This document shows positions 48,852-57,865 of a DNA stretch of 64,000 bases, one piece after another (position 1 is the stretch's first letter; each line of letters starts with the position of its first letter). The position numbers were made by a program, and so were the translations under genes. This DNA is from Parcubacteria bacterium C7867-005 (GTDB lineage Bacteria; Patescibacteriota; Minisyncoccia; Phycocordibacterales; Zambryskibacteraceae), in assembly GCA_001189165.1 (NCBI GenBank), contig LFCO01000003.1:190984-254983 (forward strand), written 5' to 3'. The notes beneath the pieces are model-generated. The model was not told the origin of the DNA and made no database searches. It saw nothing but the letters and a program-made list of their open reading frames with translations.

Positions 48852-50272
48852 TTGATTTAAATTCACTTACTATTTCTTCTGCTAGAGAAGCTTTGAAGGC
48901 GCGGAAGTTTTCTGCGCGTGAATTGATGGAAGCCTCTATCCAAACAATCAAAGATAAAGATTCGGATATTCATGCATTTCTTGAGGTATTTGAAGATGCT
49001 CTAGGTCTAGCAGATGAAGCAGATAAAAAAATAAAAGAAGGGGTAGATCTACCTTTGCTTGGCGTACCTATCGCTCTCAAAGACAACATGCTTGTTTCTG
49101 GACATAAGGTGTCTGCTGGATCGAAAATTTTGGAAAATTTTACTGCACCGATAGACAGCACTGCTGTTCGTAAATTAAAGGACGCGGGGGCCATCATCAT
49201 CGGTAGGACAAACATGGATGAGTTTGCTATGGGTAGCTCCACAGAGAATTCTTCGTATGGTCCAACCAAGAACCCGATCGATCCTACCCGTGTTCCTGGG
49301 GGTTCTTCTGGTGGCTCTGCTGCAGCAGTAGCTTCTGGGATGGTGATCGGCGCTCTCGGGTCAGACACGGGCGGTTCTATCAGGCAACCCGCTGCCTTTT
49401 GTGGACTCGTGGGTTTAAAGCCTACTTATGGTCGAGTGTCCCGCTCTGGCTTGATCGCTTATGGCTCGTCGCTTGATCAGATCGGGCCATTGGTCAAAAC
49501 TGTTTCTGATGCAGAGATTTTATATGACGTGTTGAAAGGGCAGGATCCCATGGACAGTACGACGATAGGTGATCAGTCTTATCCTAAGAAAAAAGATTTC
49601 AAAAAGATAATTGGAGTGCCCAGAAGTTTTGTAGAGAGTGAAGGGGTGAGTCCAGAGATTAAGAAAAATTTCCAAGAAACAGAAAAAAGATTTCGCGACC
49701 TTGGTTATGAGGTTCGTGACATAGAATTGGAGCATTTGAGATTTTCATTGTCCGTTTATTATATTGTCGCCTTGGCTGAATCTTCTTCAAACCTGGCGCG
49801 TTTCGATGGGGTTAAATACGGACTCCATGTAGATGGCGATAATGGTATTGATGATTATTTTAAAACGCGCGGGGCTGGTTTTGGTCAAGAGGTTCGGAGG
49901 AGAATCATCCTAGGTACCTACGTACTTTCTTCTGGATACTATGATGAGTACTACAATACGGCTCTGAAGGTTCGAAAACTTATAACTGATGAGTTTAGAA
50001 AAGTGTTTATGGAAGTCGATTTGATACTCACGCCAACCACTCCAACTTCAGCATGGAAGATGGGTGAGAAAAGTACCAGCCCACTGGAGATGTATCTTGA
50101 AGATATTTTTACTGTGCCTGCTAACACCACTGGTTGTCCGGCGATATCGCTCCCATCAGGTCATGAGGAGATTAACCAAATAAAACTGCCATTAGGTATC
50201 GAGCTAACTGCTGATCTAGGCAGAGAGGATAATCTACTAAAAGCAGGTAAAGAATTTTTGGGAGAGAAGTAG
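48848..50272 (+). CDS. gatA: aspartyl/glutamyl-tRNA amidotransferase subunit A (amidase)
   Basis: Amidase signature GGSSGGSAAAVA; 474 aa. Confidence 0.9.
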   Translation: MIDLNSLTISSAREALKARKFSARELMEASIQTIKDKDSDIHAFLEVFEDALGLADEADKKIKEGVDLPLLGVPIALKDNMLVSGHKVSAGSKILENFTAPIDSTAVRKLKDAGAIIIGRTNMDEFAMGSSTENSSYGPTKNPIDPTRVPGGSSGGSAAAVASGMVIGALGSDTGGSIRQPAAFCGLVGLKPTYGRVSRSGLIAYGSSLDQIGPLVKTVSDAEILYDVLKGQDPMDSTTIGDQSYPKKKDFKKIIGVPRSFVESEGVSPEIKKNFQETEKRFRDLGYEVRDIELEHLRFSLSVYYIVALAESSSNLARFDGVKYGLHVDGDNGIDDYFKTRGAGFGQEVRRRIILGTYVLSSGYYDEYYNTALKVRKLITDEFRKVFMEVDLILTPTTPTSAWKMGEKSTSPLEMYLEDIFTVPANTTGCPAISLPSGHEEINQIKLPLGIELTADLGREDNLLKAGKEFLGEK

Positions 50273-50288
50273 GCTGTATAATAATACT

Positions 50289-50972
50289 ATGGCAGATTTC
50301 AAAAAAGAGGCACCAAAGATGAATCTCTTTACTGAGCTTGTATTTTTCCTTGTAGCTATTTATTTTCTTTTGATCGTAGTCTACAGACTGTATGACTATG
50401 TGCTGTATTGGGGAGTAGATAATTTTTGGGCGGCAGTCGTCGTGTTCTTTGTAGAGAATCTATGGCCGGCCATAAGGCTGCTTGGAGCGGGGATGGTGAT
50501 TGCTTCAGTATTTGGGATAGTATATAACCAAGGACGTTTAAAAAAGTTGGTTAAAGAAGAACAGGCGATTTATAACCCCATAGCATCAAGCCGGGTGAAT
50601 GAGGAGGTTTTGATCCGAACGAATCCAAAGTGGGAAACAGTTCTAAAACATATTAACTCAGTGAATGTTTCAGATTGGAAGCTGGCTATTATTGAAGCGG
50701 ACATCATGCTTGATGAGCTTTTGCAGGTATCTGGTTACCATGGAGACAGTTTGGGGGAAATGTTGAAATCGGTAGAGAAGAGTGATTTCTTAACTATCGA
50801 ATCTGCGTGGGAGGCACATAAGATAAGAAACCAAATCACACACCAAGGAGCTGATTTTAACTTGAGCGAGAGAGAGGCGAAGAGGATTGTAGCACTTTAC
50901 GAATCAGTTTTTAGAGAATTTAGAATTATTGACTCGAGTGAGCCATTGCAAAATCCTATAAAAGGTGTATAA
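50289..50972 (+). CDS. hypothetical membrane-anchored protein
   Basis: 227 aa, 2-3 N-terminal TM helices. Confidence 0.5.
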   Translation: MADFKKEAPKMNLFTELVFFLVAIYFLLIVVYRLYDYVLYWGVDNFWAAVVVFFVENLWPAIRLLGAGMVIASVFGIVYNQGRLKKLVKEEQAIYNPIASSRVNEEVLIRTNPKWETVLKHINSVNVSDWKLAIIEADIMLDELLQVSGYHGDSLGEMLKSVEKSDFLTIESAWEAHKIRNQITHQGADFNLSEREAKRIVALYESVFREFRIIDSSEPLQNPIKGV

Positions 50973-50981
50973 TTCAGGAAA

Positions 50982-51052
50982 TAGCGGGTTGGAGGAGTAG
51001 TACCTCGACAGGCTCATAACCTGTAGGCATCCGTGCAAATCGGGTACCCGCA
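50982..51052 (+). tRNA. probable initiator tRNA-fMet (anticodon CAU), non-canonical D-loop
   Basis: Cloverleaf with A1:A72 mismatch over six G-C/A-U pairs, U8, A11:U24, anticodon arm ACAGG-CUCAUAA-CCUGU, T-arm AUCCG-UGCAAAU-CGGGU, discriminator A73; D-loop lacks GG; CCA not fully encoded. Confidence 0.5.
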
Positions 51053-51126
51053 ACATTTCTGTCCTCGTTTTTGCTCCCTCGTTGAATAAAGGTGGTTTTC
51101 GTACTATAGTATTTTGGTTTTAACAC

Positions 51127-51203
51127 GTCGGCGTAGCTCAGTTGGTTAGAGCGTGGGACTCATAAGCCCAAGGTCGGAGGTTCGATCCCCCCCGCCGACA
51201 CCA
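51127..51203 (+). tRNA. tRNA-Met (anticodon CAU, elongator-type acceptor), CCA encoded
   Basis: GUCGGCG/CGCCGAC acceptor (G1-C72), D-arm UAGCUCAGUUGGUUAGAGC, loop CUCAUAA, T-loop UUCGAUC, A73-CCA; could alternatively be tRNA-Ile2 if lysidinylated. Confidence 0.8.
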
Positions 51204-51251
51204 AACATAAAATACCTCGCTTTATGTGGGTTGTTTTATGTTTGATTTTGG

Positions 51252-51345
51252 GAGATCGAACAGGAGAGGGGGTCGGGGAGAAGCAGGGCGTCTCCCCGTG
51301 GAGGAAGGTCTGGAAAAACCGTGGGTTTCCCAAGAGTGAGATCAG
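51252..51345 (+). ncRNA. conserved structured element, copy B (3' of tRNA-Met), followed by repeat of the tRNA 3' end at 51346-51359
   Basis: About 85% identity to copy A (26734-26827, minus strand); the distal repeat CCCCCGCCGACACC duplicates 51187-51202. Confidence 0.4.
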
Positions 51346-51403
51346 CCCCCGCCGACACCCCAGATTGATTTAGGGCCATAAGTCTGCTATTTTATAGACC
51401 ATT

Positions 51404-51475
51404 GCGGCTGTAGCTCAACGGTAGAGCACTCCCCTGTCACGGGAGAGGCCGTGGGGTCAGCACCCATCAGCCGCG
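51404..51475 (+). tRNA. tRNA-Asp (anticodon GUC)
   Basis: GCGGCUG/CAGCCGC acceptor, G73, anticodon stem CUCCC/GGGAG loop CUGUCAC; unusual T-loop GUCAGCA; no encoded CCA; followed by hairpin AAAGAGTCC...GGACTCTTT. Confidence 0.75.
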
Positions 51476-51536
51476 CTAGCGAAAAGAGTCCTAGAAATGG
51501 GACTCTTTCCTGTGCGGGTCTATAAGACATGGAGCT

Positions 51537-51545
51537 GGTATAATT
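51537..51545 (+). promoter_or_regulatory. extended -10 promoter TGGTATAAT (leaderless arrangement); identical element at 52325-52333
   Basis: TGGTATAAT ends 6 nt before ATG 51552; the second copy ends 6 nt before ATG 52340. Confidence 0.5.
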
Positions 51546-51551
51546 TTTTGT

Positions 51552-51914
51552 ATGAGAGACTATAAAGAGTTAATTTTTGAGCTAGAAAATAAGCTTCAGC
51601 ATCCAGAGGTTCGGAAATCTGTGCAGGAGCTTGATGGGTTAATATCAAATGATCTAATTGAGTTTGGAAGTTCTGGGCAAGTCTATACGAAGAAAGATGT
51701 GCTTGTGAATCTTCCAAGCTCTACAGAGATCAAATTTAACATGACTGATTTCGATGTTATTGCTCTGGGTCCAGACATTGTTCAGTCGCGTTTCAAGACC
51801 GAAAAGACAAATTTGCAGACAGGAGAAATTACCAGATCGCAGAGAAGTTCTCTTTGGCGAAATGAGAATGGAAAATGGAAAATGATATTTCACCAAGGCA
51901 CACCCACGAAGTGA
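51552..51914 (+). CDS. NTF2-like/SnoaL-like (DUF4440 family) protein
   Basis: C-terminal NGKWKMIFHQGT motif typical of DUF4440. Confidence 0.55.
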   Translation: MRDYKELIFELENKLQHPEVRKSVQELDGLISNDLIEFGSSGQVYTKKDVLVNLPSSTEIKFNMTDFDVIALGPDIVQSRFKTEKTNLQTGEITRSQRSSLWRNENGKWKMIFHQGTPTK

Positions 51915-51968
51915 CTATCGGATGATTGAGTATCACCGTAATCCTATCCATCTGTTACAATTAAACAA

Positions 51969-52268
51969 ATGCCTGAAGGAACACCAGACCAAGAAAGTAC
52001 AGAATCGCTCAGACAAAGAGTGGTCGAAGCACTTAGGCAGAGTACAGAAGATCTGTCTTTGTTGAATGAATTCCTTGATAGACGACAACTTGAAGTGGGG
52101 GACAGCAGACAGGGTATGATGCTGAATGTTGAGGTTGCTCATATGTATAAAGAAGCAGGTTTAAAAGAATTAGCTAAAGAGGCTTTCCTGGATGCAGCAG
52201 AACAAGCATGGCATGAAAGAGACGATGATCTGTTTGAGAAATTAACCGAAGAGGCAAACGCACTTTAA
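51969..52268 (+). CDS. hypothetical acidic protein
   Basis: 99 aa ORF; no domain recognised. Confidence 0.4.
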   Translation: MPEGTPDQESTESLRQRVVEALRQSTEDLSLLNEFLDRRQLEVGDSRQGMMLNVEVAHMYKEAGLKELAKEAFLDAAEQAWHERDDDLFEKLTEEANAL

Positions 52269-52339
52269 CTACCACAGGTATCGCTAGGCCTTGTCTAATA
52301 CATTAGATTTACGAGGTCTGGAACTGGTATAATTTGTGT

Positions 52340-52921
52340 ATGAAGAAAGTTATTTTGGTTCATGGATGGGATGGCTCGCCACAAAATGATTGGTTTCCTT
52401 GGGCAGCAAAAGAATTAAATAAAATGGGGTATGACGTGGTTGTACCTCTTATGCCTAACCCAGCGCGGCCCGAGATAGAATCTTGGTTAAACAAGTTATC
52501 TGACGTCGTGGGCGATGTTGATGAGGAAACTGTTTTTATTGGACACAGTATAGGTTGTCAGGCTGTATTGAGGTTTATGGAAAGATTGGAAAAACATAAA
52601 AAAGTTTCCAAGATAATTTTGGTGGCTCCGTGGATGGCTTTGGACGAGGAAACAATCAAAGAGGAAGGAGAGGAATCAATAGAGATTTCTAAGCCCTGGA
52701 TAGAAACACCAATTGATTTTAATAAGGTAAAAATTCATGCGGACAAATTTGTCGCTTTGTTTTCAGATGATGATCCGTTTGTTCCTCTCAATCAAAAAGA
52801 TGTATTTGATAAAGCGTTGTCGGCTAAAATAATGGTTCAGCACGGTATGGGACATTTTACTCAGTCAGATAACGTATATGATCTGCCTATAATCTTGGAT
52901 TTAGTCTCAGTTCAGGGATAA
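52340..52921 (+). CDS. alpha/beta-fold serine hydrolase (YdeN/RBBP9-like)
   Basis: Nucleophile elbow GHSIGC, HGW at the N-terminus; ATG 52340 preferred over TTG 52334. Confidence 0.65.
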   Translation: MKKVILVHGWDGSPQNDWFPWAAKELNKMGYDVVVPLMPNPARPEIESWLNKLSDVVGDVDEETVFIGHSIGCQAVLRFMERLEKHKKVSKIILVAPWMALDEETIKEEGEESIEISKPWIETPIDFNKVKIHADKFVALFSDDDPFVPLNQKDVFDKALSAKIMVQHGMGHFTQSDNVYDLPIILDLVSVQG

Positions 52922-52979
52922 TTTATTATTTTTAGTTCTAAATTATCCACTAGCTCTACTCATTTGCTATAATGAATAG

Positions 52980-53684
52980 ATGACACATACAAAGAAGCCG
53001 CAGTGGTCGCTTATCTCCATGCTCGTTATTTTGGCTGTAGGCGTAGTGATATTCTTTAGACCAGGAGGCATAGAAGATAGTTACCCAGTAGCCACATCTA
53101 CTCCGTCTGTCGTAGGACAGAGCACAAATACTTTTCCAACCAAGGAACCTCTTTATGGGGCGATAGCTTTACGAATTGGTGAAGTCGGAGTGTTTAGGAA
53201 TCTATCTATCACCCCCAAAGTAGTTGTAGAAGATAGCAGGTGCCCTATGGATGCTCAGTGTATTTGGTCCGGTAGGTTTAGGGTTGCTGTAGAGGTGGTG
53301 TCGGCTATGGGTACGAGTACCCAGACGATGGAAGTTGGTGATTCTATGACCACGGAAGCAGAGGAAATAAAATTTGTGAATGTGATACCTGGAAATAAAT
53401 CTGCCTCAGGAATCTCTCTTGGCGAATACCGTATGACATTTGAGGTGTCCAAAAAAGAGATAAGTACAAAACCTACTCCGGCACCTATAAGTAAGAAGTG
53501 TTTTGTGGGTGGATGCTCTGGGCAGATATGTTCGGACAGAACCGACATGGTGTCTACGTGTGAATGGAGGTCAGATTATGCTTGCTATCAAACAGCGAAA
53601 TGTGAAGTACAGGCGGGAGGTCAGTGTGGTTGGACACAGACAAATGAGCTTCAAATGTGTTTAGAGAATCCGCCCGCACTTTGA
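52980..53684 (+). CDS. hypothetical secreted/membrane-anchored protein with C-terminal eight-Cys module
   Basis: N-terminal TM/signal anchor; C-terminal CFVGGCSGQICSD...C..C..C...C..C. Confidence 0.5.
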   Translation: MTHTKKPQWSLISMLVILAVGVVIFFRPGGIEDSYPVATSTPSVVGQSTNTFPTKEPLYGAIALRIGEVGVFRNLSITPKVVVEDSRCPMDAQCIWSGRFRVAVEVVSAMGTSTQTMEVGDSMTTEAEEIKFVNVIPGNKSASGISLGEYRMTFEVSKKEISTKPTPAPISKKCFVGGCSGQICSDRTDMVSTCEWRSDYACYQTAKCEVQAGGQCGWTQTNELQMCLENPPAL

Positions 53685-53722
53685 TAAGAGGTCGGTTTTA
53701 TAATAGTATATGACCTGTCTTG

Positions 53723-53798
53723 GCCAAGATAGCTCAGTCGGTAGAGCACTTCCATGGTAAGGAAGAGGTCCCCGGTTCGATCCCGGGTCTTGGCTCCA
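53723..53798 (+). tRNA. tRNA-Thr (anticodon GGU), CCA encoded
   Basis: GCCAAGA/UCUUGGC acceptor, loop AUGGUAA, T-arm CCCGG-UUCGAUC-CCGGG, U73-CCA. Confidence 0.9.
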
Positions 53799-53821
53799 CT
53801 GATAACAAGTTGGTCAATACT

Positions 53822-53894
53822 GCCAAAGTAGCTCAGTTGGTAGAGCAACCCCTTCGTAAGGGGTAGGTCGTGAGTTCGATTCTCACCTTTGGCT
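53822..53894 (+). tRNA. tRNA-Thr (anticodon CGU)
   Basis: GCCAAAG/CUUUGGC acceptor, loop UUCGUAA, T-arm GUGAG-UUCGAUU-CUCAC, U73. Confidence 0.9.
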
Positions 53895-53900
53895 CCGTAT

Positions 53901-54779
53901 ATGAATACAAAAGAAGAAATACAAAATAGAATAAATGCCATAGAAGAGAGGATGACTCGTCCAGATTTTTGGAACGATAAGGACGCAGCACAGGGTGCCA
54001 TAAAGGAACTGCAGAGCTTGAAGGATGAACTTGAGGGGGTGGGTAAGTACGACAAGGGGGATGCGGTGGTGACCATTTTCTCTGGAGCTGGTGGAGATGA
54101 TGCAGAAGATTTCTCCGGGATTCTGTTACAGATGTATCTAAAATTTTTCGATAGAAAAGGTTGGAATTATTTTGTGTTGCATAAAAATGAGAATGACCAC
54201 GGAGGCTACAGGAACATCACCTTGGAGGTTGGGGGTAAGGGTGTATACGGCACTTTGAAAAACGAATCCGGCGTGCATCGCTTGGTCCGCATCTCTCCAT
54301 TCAATGCCAAACAACTCCGTCACACTTCTTTCTCTATGGTAGAGGTCATCCCCAAATTCGAAAAACCAGATGAGATAGATATCCCCCCAGACGACATCCG
54401 CGTCGAGTATTCCAAATCTTCTGGTCCAGGAGGACAAAATGTGAACAAGAGAGAGACGGCTGTGAGGGTTGTGCATATACCCACTAACCTCGCTGTTCAT
54501 GTGGAGACAGAGAGGTCCCAAGCACAAAATAAGGAGAGGGCTCTTGCGATGTTGTCTGCAAAACTCTACAAGCTTCAAGACGAAGAGCGCAAAGCCAAAG
54601 AGAGGGGCATGTATGTATCCAAAACTACCCAGATAGAATGGGGGAGTCAAATTCGTTCGTATGTACTCCATCCGTACAAGATGGTGAAGGACCACCGTAC
54701 TGATGTAGAAGTAAGGGATGTGGAGAAAGTTTTGGACGGTAACCTCGATGAGTTCATCGAAGCAGAAAAGAATCTATAG
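53901..54779 (+). CDS. prfB: peptide chain release factor 2 (no programmed frameshift, short N-terminal domain)
   Basis: SPF tripeptide (RISPFNAK) and GGQ (SGPGGQNVNK); ATG 53901 (the ORF-track TTG 53889 lies inside the tRNA). Confidence 0.85.
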   Translation: MNTKEEIQNRINAIEERMTRPDFWNDKDAAQGAIKELQSLKDELEGVGKYDKGDAVVTIFSGAGGDDAEDFSGILLQMYLKFFDRKGWNYFVLHKNENDHGGYRNITLEVGGKGVYGTLKNESGVHRLVRISPFNAKQLRHTSFSMVEVIPKFEKPDEIDIPPDDIRVEYSKSSGPGGQNVNKRETAVRVVHIPTNLAVHVETERSQAQNKERALAMLSAKLYKLQDEERKAKERGMYVSKTTQIEWGSQIRSYVLHPYKMVKDHRTDVEVRDVEKVLDGNLDEFIEAEKNL

Positions 54780-54818
54780 GAACTTGGCCCATCTCTCTTT
54801 GGATGATAAAATAGAAGG

Positions 54819-55499
54819 ATGATTTTCTTTGACCGAGTAAGTAAGGTTTACCCGGATAGTTCGATAGCTCTTGAAAATGTCACTTTCTCTATAGAGCCGA
54901 GTGAGTTTGTCTCTATCGTGGGTCAATCTGGAGCGGGCAAGACCACTCTCCTGAAGATGTTCTTGGCTGAAGAGAAACCGAGTCAGGGCAAGGTATTTTA
55001 TGAATCTACAGATGTTCATACTCTGAGGAAAAATGAGATAAACAAGTTTCGACGCAAGGTGGGGATGATATTTCAAGATTTCAGACTGCTTCCAGACAAA
55101 ACTGTTTATGAGAACATCGCCTTCACCATGGAAGCAGCGGGCAGACCAGATCATGAGATAGAAGCAGACGTGCCATACGTCCTCGAGTTAGTAGACCTTT
55201 CGTCCAAAATCTGGAATTTCCCCAGCGAGCTTTCAGGTGGGGAGAAACAACGCGTGGCCATCGCTCGTGCTCTGGTGAACAATCCGGACATCATCATCGC
55301 CGATGAACCTACAGGGAACCTCGATCCGATGAATACTTATGATATCGTCCAGATCCTAAAGAAAATAAACGACCTCGGCACCACAGTCATACTGACTACC
55401 CACAACAAGGGGATCATAGATTCACTCGGCAAACGTGTTATTGCCATAGAAAAGGGTAAAATAATAAGGGACGACAAAGACGGCAAATATTTTGCCTAA
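54819..55499 (+). CDS. ftsE: cell division ATP-binding protein FtsE
   Basis: ABC ATPase: Walker [10 protein letters not shown], signature [15 protein letters not shown]; adjacent to ftsX. Confidence 0.85.
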   Translation: MIFFDRVSKVYPDSSIALENVTFSIEPSEFVSIVGQSGAGKTTLLKMFLAEEKPSQGKVFYESTDVHTLRKNEINKFRRKVGMIFQDFRLLPDKTVYENIAFTMEAAGRPDHEIEADVPYVLELVDLSSKIWNFPSELSGGEKQRVAIARALVNNPDIIIADEPTGNLDPMNTYDIVQILKKINDLGTTVILTTHNKGIIDSLGKRVIAIEKGKIIRDDKDGKYFA

Positions 55500-55513
55500 T
55501 TTATTTTAAAAAG

Positions 55514-56440
55514 ATGTTTTGGACAAATATCAAAAGAATAATCAGGACCGGTTTCTTTAACTTCTGGAGGAATGGGACAGTCTCCCTCGCCTCTGTTTTG
55601 GTCATGATGGTTACTTTGTTAGTCATTGGTTTTTTGATTTTTGGTAGTGCTATTTTGAATACATCACTTTCTGAACTTAGGGATAAAGTAGATATCAATG
55701 TCACTTTCGTACCCGAAGCAGTCGAATCAGACATATTAAACATCGAACATTCCCTCGAAGGTTTACCCGCCGTATCTATGGTCACTTATGTTTCTAGAGA
55801 ACAAGCTCTAGAGGATTTCAAGATCAGGCACGCAAATGACCAGTCAATCCTCGCCGCCTTGGATGAACTTCGGGATAACCCGCTTGGTGCCACACTAAAT
55901 ATAAAAGCCAAAGATCCATCACAATACGAATCCATTGCTTTATTCCTTGAGGGCAAGAACACACTGTCTTCTTCTGGAGTTACCATCGTCGACCATGTAA
56001 ATTATTATCAGAACAAAATAGCCATAGATAAACTCACCAAGATAATAGATTCTACAAACAGATTAGGATTTGCGGTCACTATCGCATTCATTATCCTATC
56101 TGTTCTGATCGCATTTAATACAATTCGTCTCACTATCTATATAGCCAAGGAAGAAATCGCCGTGATGCGTCTTGTCGGTGCCTCGAATCTATACATTCAA
56201 GGTCCATTTGTGGTTCTCGGGGTTATTTATGGCCTGGTGGCGGGGATTACTACCTTGTTTGTTTTCCTCCCTATAACTTATTGGATAGGGCAGATAACTA
56301 CGAATTTCTTCGTCGGATTTAACCTTTTCCACTACTACCTCAAGGAGTTTCCACAGATATTCGTTCTGATCCTCCTGTCTGGGGTGTTCGTGGGTGCCCT
56401 GTCGAGTATCTTGGCTATTCGTAGGTATTTGAGGGTATAA
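55514..56440 (+). CDS. ftsX: cell division permease FtsX
   Basis: 4-TM FtsX topology with a large first periplasmic loop. Confidence 0.85.
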   Translation: MFWTNIKRIIRTGFFNFWRNGTVSLASVLVMMVTLLVIGFLIFGSAILNTSLSELRDKVDINVTFVPEAVESDILNIEHSLEGLPAVSMVTYVSREQALEDFKIRHANDQSILAALDELRDNPLGATLNIKAKDPSQYESIALFLEGKNTLSSSGVTIVDHVNYYQNKIAIDKLTKIIDSTNRLGFAVTIAFIILSVLIAFNTIRLTIYIAKEEIAVMRLVGASNLYIQGPFVVLGVIYGLVAGITTLFVFLPITYWIGQITTNFFVGFNLFHYYLKEFPQIFVLILLSGVFVGALSSILAIRRYLRV

Positions 56441-56481
56441 TAAGTAGGTATTAAATTTATATTAAATTCTAAAGTTAAAGT

Positions 56482-56937
56482 ATGAAAAAGAACAAAGCCG
56501 GATTCACCCTTATTGAACTTTTAGTGGTTATAGCTATCATCGGGATATTATCATCTGTAGTTCTCTCTTCTTTAAATCAGGCGCGCGCGAAGGGTAAGGA
56601 TGGTGCAGCCAAGGCAGATTTGGCCAGTATCAGATCTCAAGCAGCTCTTTATTTTGATGATAACAACCAGAGTTATGGAACCGCGGGTATCGCCTGTGAC
56701 ACGGCCGGCAGTGTGTTCGATCCACTTGCCACAAGTAACCTGAACGGCATAATCCTCGATGCAGAGGGCAAGGTGAATGCGACAGCAACCTGTGCAAACG
56801 ACGATGTTTCTTATGTAGTCGCCCTACCGCTCTTGAGTGGGGATGTGTGGTGTGTAGACTCTACTGGGGTGGCCAGTACAACCTCTCTTGCCCTTACAGG
56901 CACTGGAAGTGTCGAGGAGTTGATTGCTTGCCAGTAG
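56482..56937 (+). CDS. type IV pilin paralog
   Basis: NKAGFTLIELLVVIAIIGILSS prepilin signal. Confidence 0.8.
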   Translation: MKKNKAGFTLIELLVVIAIIGILSSVVLSSLNQARAKGKDGAAKADLASIRSQAALYFDDNNQSYGTAGIACDTAGSVFDPLATSNLNGIILDAEGKVNATATCANDDVSYVVALPLLSGDVWCVDSTGVASTTSLALTGTGSVEELIACQ

Positions 56938-57008
56938 GCTCTAATTCTTGAAATAGAGGCCGATTTGGGCTATTGTTTCTTCGTATTGGCCTAGTTCGCC
57001 TTTATTAT

Positions 57009-57079
57009 TGCCGATTCGTCTAATGGTAGGACGACCGCCTCTGGAGCGGTTAATTGGGGTTCGAGTCCCTGATCGGCAG
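57009..57079 (+). tRNA. tRNA-Gln (anticodon CUG)
   Basis: UGCCGAU/AUCGGCA acceptor, D-arm GUC-UAAUGGUAG-GAC, anticodon arm ACCGC-CUCUGGA-GCGGU, T-loop UUCGAGU, G73; no CCA. Confidence 0.8.
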
Positions 57080-57092
57080 CTCGTGATATTCT
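57079..57092 (+). repeat. leader/att-like motif GCTCGTGATATTCT, copy 1; longer and degenerate copies of the tRNA-Gln 3' half at 57799-57837, 58625-58661, 59641-59670, 60130-60152 and 60447-60475
   Basis: Exact 14-mer repeated at 58648-58661 and 60139-60152, each 6-7 nt before an ATG; copy 2 (aaattcgaacatcgtaccagacgggcagctcgtgatattct) resembles the tRNA 3' half ggttcgagtccctgatcggcagctcgtgatattct. Confidence 0.8.
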
Positions 57093-57098
57093 GAGTAT

Positions 57099-57782
57099 AT
57101 GGAGGACGTAGATTTAGCATTAATAGATGCTTGTGAATATTTTAAAGATCGTGGGGTGGTTTCTGCGTATCGATGGGGTTCTTCTGTTCGGAATGATTAT
57201 CGTCCGGGGATCAGTGATTTTGATAACCTCATAATTGTTGATGATGTTAAACGCCCCCCAACAGAAACAGAGTTCAAGGAATATATTGATAGAAACTACC
57301 CCCAATTGTTTCGTTTTCATGTTAACTATCTTTCGCTCGATGAGATAGAAGGTAACACACCACATAATAAGCTTATTAAATTATTTCCTGTCGATTATCT
57401 TCTTGATCAATTTCACACCTGGAAATATGTTTGGGGAAGGAGATTTAGTAGAGAAGATTTTAAAATTAATCCGTGGAATACTGAAGAAATTATTCAATAC
57501 CACAAGAAATTCGCCCTGGATCAATTTAAGGACATTGAATCAAAATACTCCACGGGCCTCCACTATCTTCCAGTAAAAAGCTGTATCGTTCTCTGTTACC
57601 ATCTTCATAAGAAAATTAAAGGAGATCATGAATATAATTATTTAACCATATTAAACAACGTAACTGACCAAACCAAAGATATGTTACCGCTTCTTATGGA
57701 TCTTCGGGCAGAGCAGTATCCTGTAGAGAAGGTCAGGGTTTCAGTGTCGGCGATTATAGAGTGGTTAGAGAAAAAAGTTTAA
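57099..57782 (+). CDS. nucleotidyltransferase-fold protein (ANT/Lnu-like)
   Basis: Pol-beta-type NTase motif GSSVRNDYRPGISDFDNLIIVDD. Confidence 0.6.
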   Translation: MEDVDLALIDACEYFKDRGVVSAYRWGSSVRNDYRPGISDFDNLIIVDDVKRPPTETEFKEYIDRNYPQLFRFHVNYLSLDEIEGNTPHNKLIKLFPVDYLLDQFHTWKYVWGRRFSREDFKINPWNTEEIIQYHKKFALDQFKDIESKYSTGLHYLPVKSCIVLCYHLHKKIKGDHEYNYLTILNNVTDQTKDMLPLLMDLRAEQYPVEKVRVSVSAIIEWLEKKV

Positions 57783-57865
57783 GCTTTTTTGAATAAGGGT
57801 TCCCAACTTCGTACCATGAGGTCAGTTAGCTTGACAGGGATTAAGTTTAAATGTAAACCAGATAT

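Noticed and set aside
51404-51475. tRNA-Asp unusual T-loop (GUCAGCA) as a separate finding
   Set aside because: The alternative T-stem register cannot be excluded by eye; recorded only in the feature evidence.
53651-54076. 141-aa minus-strand ORF
   Set aside because: It runs straight through two well-formed tRNA-Thr genes and the 5' end of prfB; spurious.
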